A stretch of DNA of 62,898 nt, filler included, from Bipalium vagum (Eukaryota): assembly GCA_037834085.1 (NCBI GenBank). It is 3 parts of 3 records of this genome, joined end to end, with 100 filler letters (N's around TTAATTAATTAA, not from the genome) between each part and the next. Parts side by side here need not be neighbours in the genome. Positions count along the whole stretch, not along the records: positions 16,499 to 38,222 come from JBBMKC010233170.1; positions 38,323 to 62,898 come from JBBMKC010199830.1; 1 more part is not named here. The stretch is one strand, 5' to 3'. The stretch's first letter is position 1. Every line of letters starts with the position of its first letter. Made by a program: the position numbers and the translations under genes. The notes under the pieces were generated by a model. It was not told the DNA's origin. It made no database searches and saw nothing but the letters and a program-made list of their open reading frames with translations. Shown here piece after piece: positions 35,541 through 48,899 of the stretch.

Positions 35541-37689
35541 TACTTTGAAACATATTTTTCTTTCGAAATTATCTTCTTCCAACTTGAAAATTTTCTTACA
35601 AATCTTCTTTAAATAATGAAATATTTAATTAAAAATTTTTATTTTATTGATTATTTCTGGATTAAGCTAAATGATTATTTTCTGACAACTTTACTGTTTC
35701 CATTGGTAACTATAAATAATTTTTCATTCAAGAAAAACTATTATTAAAAAATATTCTTACTATACAAAATATTTATTTTCTATTATTATTTACTTTATTT
35801 ATTTTTATTATATTTCATTAAAAATTTAAGTTTTGCAAAGGTATATTTATGTTCCTGGAAAACTTTTGACTCCAGAAATTGATCAGAGAAATACAACAAT
35901 AACTATTTTTTAATAACTCTAAATACATTTTCTAATTTTTCATTTAATTAAGAAATTAATCGAAAAAACAATAATTAATCAATTTTTTCCCGCTAAACTA
36001 AATCAAAGAGAACTGTGAAACACATCTTATTTATTAAAATAATTTCCCTTTTTATAGAAATCGAAAACCTGAAAATTTGAATTTGAACGTTTTCTTACAT
36101 CCGAAACTTCTTATTGGTCAGAAGTGTATCCATATATTCTGATTTATTATGATGAAGCTTGAATTTAAAAGGGAAACAGACTCAAACATGTTGTTCAACG
36201 ATGTTCGAGAACATGCAAAAATTAGCGTATAATTTTCAATTGAACTGCTTACTTTGCGAATTATACTGAAAAGTGAAAATTGCTCTTCAGTTTGATACAT
36301 TAAAAAAATTTATCTTATAAAAATTGATTGATTAAAGTCTTTGAAATAATAAAAAAAATTTTTAATTCCATAACACGATATCTTCTTTCAATATTGTTTA
36401 TTTAACAATTTTATTATTTCGTTTAGATTTTTTCGAAACCTTTCCGTCCCTCAGTTACCATAATTGATTTTTGGTATTGTTCCTCTTAATCTTTAGTACA
36501 AAACCAATTAATCAATTTTATTAAATTTGATTAGGGAATTATTCTTTCCCTGTGCTTCTTTTACAAAAATCTAAGATTATTGATTATTATAATTAATTAT
36601 TCTTTAATACAATTTACTTAAACAAATCTAACAATCCAACACGAAAATGGCATAAAAAAATTAATTGAAAATGGCTTTTAGGTAGAATTAATTAATTAAT
36701 CATAATAAGAATAATTAATGTTTAATCGAACTGAAAATTAGAACCATTGATATTGTGAAAATTTTTTTTTCACTACATCGTTTAAAACAAAAAAAATAAT
36801 TATGAAGAAATTAATCTTTGTCTGTGTTCAGGACAAATTCCTGTTGGAATAGAATTCGATTTGAATATAAATAAATTAAAATTATTTTCAAAATTGATTA
36901 ATTTTAACTTGGACAAATTGATAAATAAAGATTCATTCCAACAAAAATAAAGAAAAAAGTGAGTTTTTAATTACAAGTTATTAGTTTAGATCAAGAGAAA
37001 AAAGGAAAGTTTTTAATAAAATAAAAATTCTCTTTAAAAATAATCAATATATATATATTTTTTTTTCATTTTGTGAACATAATCAATTTATTTTTCGATT
37101 AAACGATTTTGATTAACTGACAACAAAATCTTTTTAAAACATTATTATTTTAAACATATATCGATTTTCGCATTTTTCGACATGGTTTAGACCGTTTAAG
37201 AAGATGATAGAAAAATATATGAAATATGATGATCTGGAGGGGATATCATTTACAGTGTAAACCAAGAGATATTTGAAAATTACTACGCAGAACCCTGGTT
37301 TAATCGTTCACCAATTTAAATGTTGTGAATGTAATAGCCTATACATAGAGAAGGTACTGCGTTACGTCAGAACTGATATTAGCGAATATTCGCAATTAGG
37401 CAAGGCAAGTAAAATCTTGAACCACCTAATGAATTCCGTTGAGCGAAAATGAAAATTAGCGTAAAAGAACTCGGGGTAATTTTGAACAATTTCGATAATA
37501 ACGATGAATGATTCCAATTTCCAACTTTTTCAAGTTTTCCTTGCACATTTTCAACCTTATATCTCCATCTGTTCGATTATGAGAGCATGGGACACTAATT
37601 GCACACAAAGATGTCTTGAGCCAAGATAAATACGGAGCATATTTAGAATTCTATTTCTCGAAATTTTCAGTATTTCTGTCATCTGGTCC

Positions 37690-38222
37690 AAATTTATTCG
37701 TGAGTCATATTTTTATCTGAAATTACAGTCACACTCTTTCCAATATTTAACAGCATTTGTCTCCAAAACACTATTAATCTCATTGGTGTTATGAACCAAT
37801 AGCCCACTATTACTCTAATATCTACATTTCCTGTAGTTCTGACAAGAACTGTTTTGTCTGCGCTTTGATGGACTGTTCTGTTTCCTGGGAGATCAAAGAA
37901 CACTAGAGTCTCATCCATGTTGGCGATGTTGGAGAGTGGATACTTGTGTGTTTTTCTCGATGACATGACAGTGGAATGATGTAACTTTGTCTTCAAGTTG
38001 AACTGGTAACTTCTGGCTGATCTTCGTTCAGGTGCGAGGGGTGAGGTTGTGTCGATTCATGAAGCGTGTACACCAGCCTGCTGAAGCTTTAAAGTTGGGG
38101 TCAACAAAGGTTGACTGTGTTTGTACACGTATGGTCGATCGGGTCACTATGTATCCGTTTTGTCTGTGCGTCAGGATCCATTCTAACAAAACGGCTTCAT
38201 CTGCTGCATGTGAAGTTACGTG
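37690..38222 (-). mobile_element. pogo-family transposase fragment (CENP-B HTH plus start of the DDE domain), cut by the linker
   Basis: EAVLLEWILTHRQNGYIVTRSTIR...FKASAGWCTRFMNRHNL and IANMDETLVFFDLPGNRTV...VLVRTTG. Confidence 0.85.
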
Positions 38223-38322
38223 NNNNNNNNNNNNNNNNNNNNNNNNNNNNNNNNNNNNNNNNNNNNTTAATTAATTAANNNNNNNNNNNNNNNNNNNNNN
38301 NNNNNNNNNNNNNNNNNNNNNN
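38223..38322. other. Artificial contig linker
   Basis: 44 N + TTAATTAATTAA + 44 N. Confidence 0.95.

Positions 38323-38390
<68 letters not shown>
38323..38390. repeat. (TAA)n microsatellite at the contig start
   Basis: Directly visible. Confidence 0.95.
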
Positions 38391-38396
<6 letters not shown>

Positions 38397-38401
38397 AACT
38401 A

Positions 38402-38846
38402 CCGTATAATCTCATAAAAGCAACAACCATAAATTACCTGAAACTATTTTTTTCACAGAAAACTAAATTCTTTAAAGATAGGCGCGACTTATCTAAACTC
38501 AAGATTTTTAAAGACGGATCCAAGTGGTGTAGCAATTTCATGAGGCGAAATGAGCTAACTATGAGACTGGAAGTTTAAAGTATCTGAGTTCATAAAGCTC
38601 TGTGAGCAGCAAACTAATAAAGTAAATGTTATAAATTTTGGAAATGTGGATGAGGGTCCAATAAATTGTGATTTGTCAAGCCATCATACTGTTGATCAAA
38701 AAGGAGCTATAAACAACAGGATTGTTACTACTGGTCATGAAAGAATGATTTTTATTAAAATTCTTGATAGGCCGCAATAAAATGTTATTTTTTTAAAATT
38801 AGGTTTTATGTAAGATAGACCGCGGTTTATATACGGCATTATACGG
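38402..38846 (+). mobile_element. Internally deleted pogo/Tc2-type element
   Basis: Termini ta|ccgtataat and attatacgg|ta. Remnant NVDEGPINCDLSSHHTVDQKGA...TTGHER. Confidence 0.75.
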
Positions 38847-38943
38847 TAGATACTTGTGCTCTAATTCTCCGCAAACTTAACAAGTTTCAAAATTTTTTTT
38901 AACAGTAACCACAAAATATCAACTGTTAGTTGAAAATTAATCA

Positions 38944-39013
38944 GAGATACCGGGATTCGACACTAGGATCTTTCACATGCGCATGGACTGTGGTGACCGC
39001 TGAGTTACACCCC
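38944..39013 (-). pseudogene. tRNA-Ala-like pseudogene or SINE head
   Basis: Minus strand GGGGTGTAACTCAGCGGTCACCACAGTCCATGCGCATGTGAAAGATCCTAGTGTCGAATCCCGGTATCTC has A-box and B-box-like motifs and resembles metazoan tRNA-Ala. D and anticodon stems are degenerate. Confidence 0.6.
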
Positions 39014-39675
39014 TGACTGTTTTTCAATTAATCTCACATCAACCAAACGGTTGATGTTTTAGTAAATCTTCCAAAATTATATCAAACAAATTCATGAATT
39101 AAAATCAGAATTCCAAAAATTTGGATTCTGGTAAATTTGTGGTGAATTAAAGTACAAGTACCAAACAAATACTACAACCACAACAAATAAAGATTAACAA
39201 AGCAGTTAGGAATTTTTCTAGAACCCATGTAATAGGTTAGATTTAAGAAATCTTGGTTTTATTAATCAATTATCTTCCCTATTATGAAATAAAGAGGTTG
39301 GGAGGAAATTAAAAGAGAATTGAATGTTGAAGTAAATGTCACAAATAACTATTTCCTGTCTTCTAGACCGGTAGAAAGTAAACAGTTTTCAATGCAGACT
39401 GGCATTAAATCCTACATCGCAATTATTTAAGTTTATACTCAATCAAAGTTTTGGTCAAAAATCATCTCTAATTTAAATAAATAGTCTAAATTTTGCGAAA
39501 AATTGAATTCAATATTTTTTAAGCCTTGGGAAATTGAACAAATGCTAAAAATTCTTTAACAGGTGGTACTATTGAACCTATGATGGTTCAGGAAAGAGAG
39601 CACGTAGGAGAATCGATGACGACTTAAAGCATCTCGGAACTTGTTCAAAATTTTTAAATCTTTTATATCAATGTA

Positions 39676-41228
39676 CAGTCAGCCACAAATGAATTGCCGC
39701 ACTTACAAAAATGACATTATCTTTTGTCCGAAGATTTCAAAATTTTCAAAATATTTACACAATGTAGCTATTAGTGTCTATTATAATAAAATTCTTAATA
39801 TAACCAACTATATTAAGCAAAGAATAAAACTATCAAGAAAAAACCGAAACAAATTAATTACTGCAATTTCCAAAAAATCGGTTTTTATTCACAAAAAATG
39901 TACCAATACGATTCTAATAGTTTATTGAGCTGCCGTGAGCATAAATAGTCTCATAAATTCTATTTGGCATTGAAGTTACCAAATTTTCCAGGATGTATTG
40001 ATCCATTGTCTTCCTAACAGCCAATACCTGCCGACCGCAAATCATCAATGGAATTGAATTGCTTTCCACCAGCATATACCTTCCGAAACAACACTCCCCA
40101 TAAGTTTTCTATGGGATTTAGATCCAGTGAGTTCGGCGGCCAGTCTATAACTTCAATATTTTTGCCTTTTAGCCATTCCATAGTTGAACGGGATACATGG
40201 TACCTTCAATTATTTTGCTGAAAGACAGGGCTGATTCCAGTCTTTTCTTTTATAAAAGGTAGTAGATTGTCTTTCAGGAGTCTGTGATACCCCCATTGAT
40301 TTAGATTGCCGGAAACAGTTGCCAAACTCGACCCGCCACTGAAATTGAAACAGGCCCAAATCATTAATGATCCTCCGCCCGAGTGTCTTTTGGAAAATTG
40401 CATGTTTTCTTTTCTCAAATCATGCCAATAGTATGCATGGCCATTTGGTCCGTTTAAATTAAATTTCTTTTCGTCACTCAAGATGACCTGCTTCTATTCG
40501 TCGCCCAATGCTACTTTAGTTTTCACCCATTGCAAGCGCTTCAATTTGTGTTCAACTTTCAATGGTGGTTTCACTATCATTTTTTGGTATTTTAAGACTT
40601 GGGAACTGTTGATAACAAGGCGGATAGTCTCCTTGCTTGCGTTTAAGTTAAGTTCATGTTTAATTGTCGAGTTTGAAATCGATTTATTGCTGGCTTTGCG
40701 AATAATCAATCGTTTTGTTTTGGGCGAATTCTTTGTCTTTGGTCCAGGCTTACGATTTTTGCTATCTTCATTTTTCAAAATATTATCTTATAGAGCTTTC
40801 ATTTTTGTTTAACTTATTTCCGATCCATCTGTTTTCTGGCTTCGTGGTAGGCCCTAATCATCCCTTTCTCCATGTCAGACATTTTGCTTAAATTTGGCAA
40901 GAATTTACTAAACAGTTTTAATTATAATTTTTATAATTATTAATTCTCATTTATTATATATAGTAAAAATTTTAAGTATAAAATTAAAATTGCTATAGAA
41001 AATCCAAATTCAATTTAGTGCAGCAATTAATTATGGTCAACAAAAATTTTGAATTATATAAACAAATTAAATTTAGTTATATTACAACGTAATTTACATA
41101 CTACAATGCTGTTCAAATAAGTTCTTATATCTTGTACTTTCATCAATTTTATGAAAATTTAATTACAGTTTAAAAATAATCAAGATTTCTTAATTTTACA
41201 AGGCGCGGCAATTAATAAGTGGCGCACT

Positions 41229-41229
<1 letters not shown>
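39676..41229 (-). mobile_element. Full-length inactivated Tc3-like (Tc1 family) element with IR/DR ends
   Basis: TA-flanked TIRs cagtcagccacaaatgaattgccgc and gcggcaattaataagtggcgcactg, with inner copies of the aattaatt(a/g)ctgca motif near 39855 and 41020. Motifs SDEKKFNLNGPNGHAYYWHDLRKE, SGGGSLMIW and WPPNSLDLNPIENLW. Confidence 0.92.

Positions 41230-41271
<42 letters not shown>
41230..41271. repeat. (TAT)n microsatellite abutting the Tc3-like TIR
   Basis: Directly visible. Confidence 0.9.
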
Positions 41272-41272
<1 letters not shown>

Positions 41273-41895
41273 AATGAAAACCTGTTTCTCAACTTTTTAA
41301 AAAATTAATAAGTGCTGTTAATATGAAGAGTATTTTTCTACAATTATTTTGTTTTTAAAAATAATTTCTCAGAGGTTATATCTTTAAGATATCAGAAGAC
41401 AATTTTCGGTTTATAGTCATATTTTAAGAAATAAAACCAGTAATATCAGAAAGCAATAAAAGAAAATTAAACTGCTTTGGACTTGATTAACCTGAAAATA
41501 ATACATAAATATATATAATAATATTTCCAGTATTATTATTTGTTATAATTCCCTTTTTCAAAGAACTTGTTGTGTACCTAATTTCTTAGTCTTTTAAGAA
41601 CCTCTATTTTAATAAGTTCGTAGTTTATATGCAAATAATAATAATAATAATAATAAAAATGATAATAATAATTTATTAACAAAATAATGATAAAACAATT
41701 AAGATGTCAAAATTGATAAAAATTATCGATAGACTGAGAAAAAATATTGATGAAAGAATTTAAAAAAATAATGTTATTTATTTTTAATTTTTAAAATAAA
41801 TATATATAAGTTACTCACTCGAATATTATCTTTAATTTTCATTAAATATATTTTAATTTTCTTTCAAGGTTTCGACTCCGAGTTCAGTAAATATA

Positions 41896-43197
41896 TTAAG
41901 TGTAGGCATAGGTTTTAAACCATTTTTTCATCGTTGTCTTACTAATCCAAATATTATCAAATAACTGCCGCGAAATTTTACATTGGTAATGAATATATTA
42001 AATTTTATAAATAAATTAATTTTATACTTAATTTATTTTATAAAAACCAAAATATCAGTCTTCAAAATGAGTGACGAAAAATTATGCGTTCGGTGTTGCA
42101 TGTGAATTTGATCAAGGCAAAAATGCATCCCAGGTATTTAAATCAATATGTTCCGTTCTTGGTAATAATGCCGTTTCCAGCAGTACATGTAAATACTAGT
42201 ATCGTCGATTCAAAGACGTAAATTTTGATGTTACCGATTGATCACGTAGTGTAGCTCCACAGATATTGGAATAAGCCAAATTGGAAGAGCTGCTAAATGA
42301 AAATACATCCAAGAAGCAAGAAGAAGTCTCTAAACCACTTGTCGTTGATCAAAAAACTTGGGAGACGCTTACACGACATGGGAAAAATTCAGAAGGCTGG
42401 AAAGTGGATTCCGCACGAACTTTCTGAAAGCAATATTTTATGCCGATTAACAACAACAACATCCCTTATTGCTAGACAAATAAAAATACATTTTATGAAA
42501 AATCGTCACTGGAGATGAAAAATGGAATAATTACAATAATCCAAAACGCAAACATTCGTGAGTGGACCCTGGAATGTCAGCTACTTCAGTTATCAAAACA
42601 AATATTCACAACAAAAAAGTACTCCTTTGCATCTGGTTGGATATGAAAGGACCCATTCATTATGACCTCCTCCAAGCTGGTGAAACCATTAACGTGGAAC
42701 CTTATAGCAAACAATTGCTGCATTTGGCTAAACAAATCGAGAAAAAAGACCTTTTTCGGGTGAGGATCACGTAAGATTGTCCTGCTACATGACAATGCCA
42801 GACCACATGTAGCGTAACATACTCAGGAAACAATTTTAAAGTTAGGCTGGGAAGTTCTTCTTCACGCGACTTATTCTCCAGACCTTTTATTATTATTTTA
42901 TTCTCCAGATTTTTATTTGTTTCGCTCAATGCAACATGAATTAGCCGGATATCGTTTCAAAAATTTTGACCAGATTTGAGATTTTGTCAAGAATTATCTT
43001 GCGTCAAATATCTTTCTATCTTACCGGGATTCTGCAATTACCTGAAAGACGGCAAAAAATGATTTCCATTAATGGATATTATGTTGATGACTGATTTTTG
43101 AATCCTTGTCGTATAAAAATGAATATATTGCCTTTTTAATAACATGTAATTTTTTTAAAAAATGGTTTAATAACATATGATTTGATTTTAAACTTAA
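41896..43197 (+). mobile_element. Full-length inactivated mariner (DD34D type)
   Basis: TA-flanked imperfect TIRs (ttaagt...aaaccattttt and aaaaatggttt...acttaa). ATG at 42068, then GKWIPHELSE, VTGDEKW, HDNARPH and YSPDL. Confidence 0.9.
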
Positions 43198-43349
43198 TAT
43201 TTAATCAATAATTAATCAAGTTAATTTAATAATTTCAGTAATCCGTACAAATTGTTTAAATCTACTCTATAATAAATTAAATTATTTAAAAATTCACTAA
43301 TTTTAAAATTGTTACTATTTATTCGATTTTGGATAGTTCTATTTAAAAA

Positions 43350-44400
43350 ATAAGTAACGTTTTCCGGAAGATAAAATGGCATCATTTTGATATTTCTTTC
43401 ATTTTAAATAAATTATTTTTTGTACATCTTTCCGTATATTAGGTCTATGTGTAAATTGTAATCTTTTTTCAAAAACTCAATTATTTTTCCAAACACCAAG
43501 TACAATTTAATCATCGCAGTATTTTCTGTTGTTTGCCGTGACCTTCTGCCATCGTTTTGGGAGCTGTTGAATTCCATCACAAAAGTTGTGTGTTGGTTTA
43601 GATGCAATAAAGTCAGGAATGTTGCATTGACCTGGACAAATAATAATTTGAAGAGACGTCCGGTGAACAGGAAGAATAAAAAAGCCTAACTTAAAATAGT
43701 TTCCTGTGTTACAACAATAACATGTGGTCGTGTATGTCATGGAGCAAAATGACTTTACGATTTCATTATCCAACAAATGGTTTTTTTTATCAATGTACTC
43801 AAACGCTTTAATGGATCAATGTAGGGTTGTACATTAATTGCTTGGACATGCTTTAGGAACTCCTAATAGAGCAAACATTTCAAATCCCACTACATATATA
43901 GCGACTAACCAGTGTGTGTTTAAGTTTAGCATTCTTATAATGAATTCACTTTTCGTCACCTGTAGAAACTTGTCACGAAAAACTCTGTTTTTGGTACTTT
44001 GTACGTTAAGAAAGACATTCTGATTCGTTGACCATTGTATATTTCGGAAAGTTGATGTGGTACCAATTTTTCAAGCTTCATAATTTTTCCAATTTCATGT
44101 AATAGCCTGATCAATTCTTCATTGAGTTGCAAGTTCTTCTTGAGTCTCGCTGATTTTTCATTCAGTAGTGCTTTTAATCAACCTGTTTCCGTTTTCGGAG
44201 AGGACCAGCATAATTTCGGTTGGTTACATTAAAATTATCATCCTTAAACTATTTAAATTAATATTTACAAGTCCTGAGATAATAATGGAACACATTGATT
44301 TACAGGCTTCAACAGCATTACTTCCTTGTAGGAACTGATAACGATGGAATTTTCTAAGTACACCTTATCATCTGTCATCATTTATTCTAATTTTTCTAAA
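43350..44400 (-). mobile_element. Decayed mariner, tail-to-tail with the previous element
   Basis: Minus strand NSTQEELIR, GKIMKLE(K)WYH and C-terminal GIQQLPKRWQKVTANNRKYCDD*. Confidence 0.75.
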
Positions 44401-45343
44401 TGATATTTTCTAAATAACTAAAATTAATTTTCCTTTTGTTTGATGTATTAATCAAGTTTTTGATACAATTAAACAAAGATTAAATTATATTATGAAGTTG
44501 TAAAAATAAGTTTAAAATTTACGCATACATCTTACATATATTTCTATATTTACAAAATAAATTTAGTTGGTGATCGATAATCGAATATTGGTAATGAAAA
44601 TTTTCGTTAATCTATATATAATAAATATAAAGAAAACATATTTTTCAAAAATGAAACATTCATCAATTGATATTTTTTACTCATCAAATTTTTTATTCAC
44701 TTCGCAAGTATAATGAAACAATTGTTACTGATAACTGGAAAATTAATAATAATAAAAATATAATTAATTTGAGATTTTATTTAACAAGCATTATAAAGTT
44801 CAAGAGTATAGTAAAATGAAATAAAAAAAATAAAAAACAGAAAGAGAAGAAAAAAATGGCAAAAGAGAAAGTCACGTGAAAGAGAAGCCTTTTTATAATA
44901 ATTGTTACACTTCATTGAATTAGAAACACTTTATTTTATAGAAATATAATTTATTTATATTGATACTGAAATCTATTAAAATTTGTTTGGATTCGCCTAC
45001 AAATCAAAGTAAACATTTTATGTCACTTAATAATAATTAATTAACTAATAATAATTATCAACGATTGATGAAAGATGACAAAGTTTAAGAACAGAAAAAA
45101 TATTGAATGTTATTACTGAAAAATAAAAGTTATTTTGCTTTAATAAGATTATTTATAAAAATTTAATAGATGAAAATATAATAATAATGAAAATAATAAT
45201 AATAATATTATTATCATTATTATAATTTAGAAAGAGAATTCAGAATCTATCAGTGATGAATTTTAATTAAAGTGTTTAAAACCATCATATTTTCGATCTT
45301 TACTATTAAAATAATAATTAGTTTAATGTTCTTTTAATTTTAG

Positions 45344-46265
45344 ATTGTCTAAGTGGTTTCAAAATTATAAAAATAAAAGACTGGATTTTGATCAATGAGA
45401 CCGATTCTCCATTAAATGTCTTCACTGAAAGGTGTTTATTCCAAATTATCTTCCTAAATTAAAAGATAAATTAACATTAAACACTTTTGAAACTTAATTC
45501 TGACATACCATCCTTGAGAATTAATGAGAGATTTTAAGCTGATACTACTTAACACAATCTTTTACATTAATCGTTCGTTAATACGGGTCGGAAGGTAAAA
45601 ATTCAATTGACAAATATTAATTAATTTATAAGCTAAAGGAAATTTGAAGAGCAAATTAATAGAGAGAAACATTAATAAATGTAAAAAGTCAGGACTAAAT
45701 GTTTGGTGACCAAAATCGAATTATTAATCAAAATAATGTTTACTTTAGTCCTTTATCCTCTCAGTTATATTAATGGTAACTTTATTTCGAAATTCCAAAT
45801 ATTTATATTATCTGAAATCCAAAGATAATTAGTGATAATTATCTGCCACAATAAAACAAAATAATAAAACATGATAATATTTTGGCATAATTAAAAATCT
45901 CCAATCTTTTTAAAATTCTAATCGAAAAAACTTTTTTAAAAATGAAAATAAAATTACCATAAGTTTGTTCCTTAATTATTATTCCCTAATAATAAATGTT
46001 TACAATATCAGTACAGAATTTTTTTATTATAGATATTTTTTTGCTTCTCCACATGAATTCTATGAGGTACCTATTTTCGTTTTTCTATTCACAAAGTCTT
46101 TATTTCTGTTTCATATAGACACAATAATTATTACTCGAATTTCCTCCCAAGTTTAGGGTACCATTTGGCTCCTTCATTTTCCTTAACAATCATGATAGAT
46201 GGAGAAAACCATGATTTAACATCAGAACTAGGTCACATCTATTACTTTGTTCAAATTAAATTAAG
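45344..46265 (+). CDS. Candidate exons of an unidentified host gene
   Basis: Open GT-AG-bounded segments 45344-45431, 46033-46066 and 46119-46265; the last two are phase-compatible across a 52-nt intron. No family recognised. Confidence 0.3.
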
Positions 46266-47099
46266 GTAATATTAATGTATGTAGAAAAATAATAATAATA
46301 TAATAATTATTCAGTTTATAGTCAACATATACAAGGTCAACGAAAAAGAAATGCTCGTTCCAATTCAATTAATCATAATAAATTATTTTTCTCATAAACA
46401 ACATTCATTTTCCTCATGGCTTTTGCTGTGGAATTGCCTTGATCGAATTCGTATATAATGAAATTTCTGAAATGTTCTTCTGATCATTTGAAGCTTGGCA
46501 TTTTTAAAATTAACTGGAAATATTTTAGATAAATCATATTATTTAAACAACTATTGATTTAATAATATTTAATAAAATAATGAATTATCAAACTTATTGA
46601 TTAATTTTATTCAAGAGTTTAATAAATTTTTCAAAAACGGACATTACTTTTCGGATTACTAAATGAAGAGGAATTTATCGAATGTCTTGAAAAATTAAAT
46701 TTTTTATTGGTAAATAGTGAGCTTCAATAAATATAAAATAATGTATTTTTTATTATTGATAAGAAAAATGTTTAGATTGATATTTTTTCTGACTTGATTA
46801 TTGAATAACGTCCTACACGAAATATGATATTATTTAATATTTTATAAATATTTCAGGTATGAAAATAGGACACTAGAACGTAACTTAAGAAAACTAATTT
46901 TTCAATAGAAATTATCATATACTTTTTTATGATTTATTAAAAATAAACTAAAAAAGAATTTCATTATCTTTTATATATTATTAATTTTAAAGCCTTTTAT
47001 TTTATATAATTAAAACGTACAAAGTATTAAATTAGGTTTAATTTCAGTGACTATCGAATCTTTATACCTCATATTTTTCTTATTCATAAGTTCAAAAAA

Positions 47100-48260
47100 T
47101 TCTGTTAGATAAGTAACCATGGTTTTCAAGCAAAATAAATGAATTTGACTAAGGATCAAAATTTGTTTTATCACTTTGAAAATACGTCTTATCTGAAGCG
47201 ATACATATATGCCAACATTTTACTCAATTATCCATACAATGTTTAAATAATGACTTTGAGTTTGAAGCAAATTTCTTTTCACATTTTCAATCGCCTGGAA
47301 ACGCTTTTCATTTTTGGAAAATTCAAGTCGCATGGGACCATATCAGGGCTTTATTAAGTTTGTTGAATGATGTGTTTTGTTTTTGACCAAAATTTAACAC
47401 AACTCTGTCATTTTTTGAAGCATTATCATGGTGCGAAATCCACGGACTCTTTCCATAAATCTTTCCGTTTACGGACGAATATCCAGGTAACAATCATTGT
47501 TGACCAGGAATCCTCCAAGATGAATTCAGAGTGAACAATACTACAATACTCAAAGAAAGCCAATGAGAATTATCCTAATTTCTCATATTCTTCGGCGTGG
47601 TTTTTTTCCGTTTCAGATCATTTTCAAATTGCCATTTAGACGATTGTTAAAATGTCTGTATATCAGATTCGCATACTATGTCTCATCTCCAGTTATGACA
47701 CGTTTCATAAACTAGCAATGAAACTAGCAATTTTCTTTTGCAAATTTATTCTAATTTATATTTTGTAAATAAAGGAACTCTTTTGGAACAAATAAACATG
47801 AGTCAAAACATGATGTGCTAAGAAAACATAAATTATATACATTTATCGAACATTCAAATGGCGATTTTCCAACACATTATTCTTTGTAAAATGTACGTTT
47901 TTTCCTGTTGTTAATGTGCATGAGTGTCCTGAAGGAGTCAAATTGGATATTGGTTGCCGATTGTTTTTGAAAGTCTTTTAATGGTCGTAAATTTGAGTTT
48001 TAGTAATGCATTCATAATTATAATTTGCTTAAAATTTTCAGGGATTTAGAACAAGAAATTTCATCGCTCACACAAAATTTGTTACACACACATTCCAAGA
48101 ATAATAAAGATATTGAATGATTAAAACATCTGTGTTGTAAACCAACTTCATGATAGATAGTGCTTTAATTGAGAACAGTAAAATATATTTATATGACTAT
48201 AAATTAACATGGATACCGCTATAATTTTAAATAAAAAATTTCGGCTACTTTTCTAACAGA
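47100..48260 (-). mobile_element. Decayed mariner
   Basis: Minus strand VITGDET, HHDNA and SPDMVPCD. Confidence 0.7.
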
Positions 48261-48899
48261 AAGTGATAATAAAAAAGTAAAATTAGTTAATGTAATTCTA
48301 ATTATGAAAAATAATCAATAGATGTATTTGGATAAATGAAAAACCTTAACTGTTTACTTTGATTAGTTGATTGATGGGAATTTCTTTTCAATCTGCATAA
48401 AAGAAAGAAAAAGAGAATTTTAAAAAAAGAAATTTTTATTATTTTGATAAAAGGTTTCTAACATTTATGATTAAAATCAACAATTTTCAATTCTAATGTA
48501 ATATGATATGAGAATTTTAAATATTTTACCTCATTTATTAAATTAATCCTTACTGACACTCCAAAGTTCAAGTTATTTCCTTTAGGTTAAATTTCATAAA
48601 ATATTTTGAAAATTATTATTTATTCTATATATTTTGAAATATATGAAAATTAAATTACAGAAAAAGTATCTGTTGATAATAAAATGGAAAAGTAAACTAA
48701 AGTTCCTTATTTACTTAAAACACTTATTTGAATATTTAACTAAAAGTTGGAAAACTGTAGCTAAAATAAAATTATTTTAAATAATTAATAATTTTTTAAA
48801 AACTGCATTACATATTTAAACAAAAACACTTAATTTTTAAAGAGATTATATTATTGAACTTTTGTGAAATGATAATATTAATTTATTGTAATCTTAATA

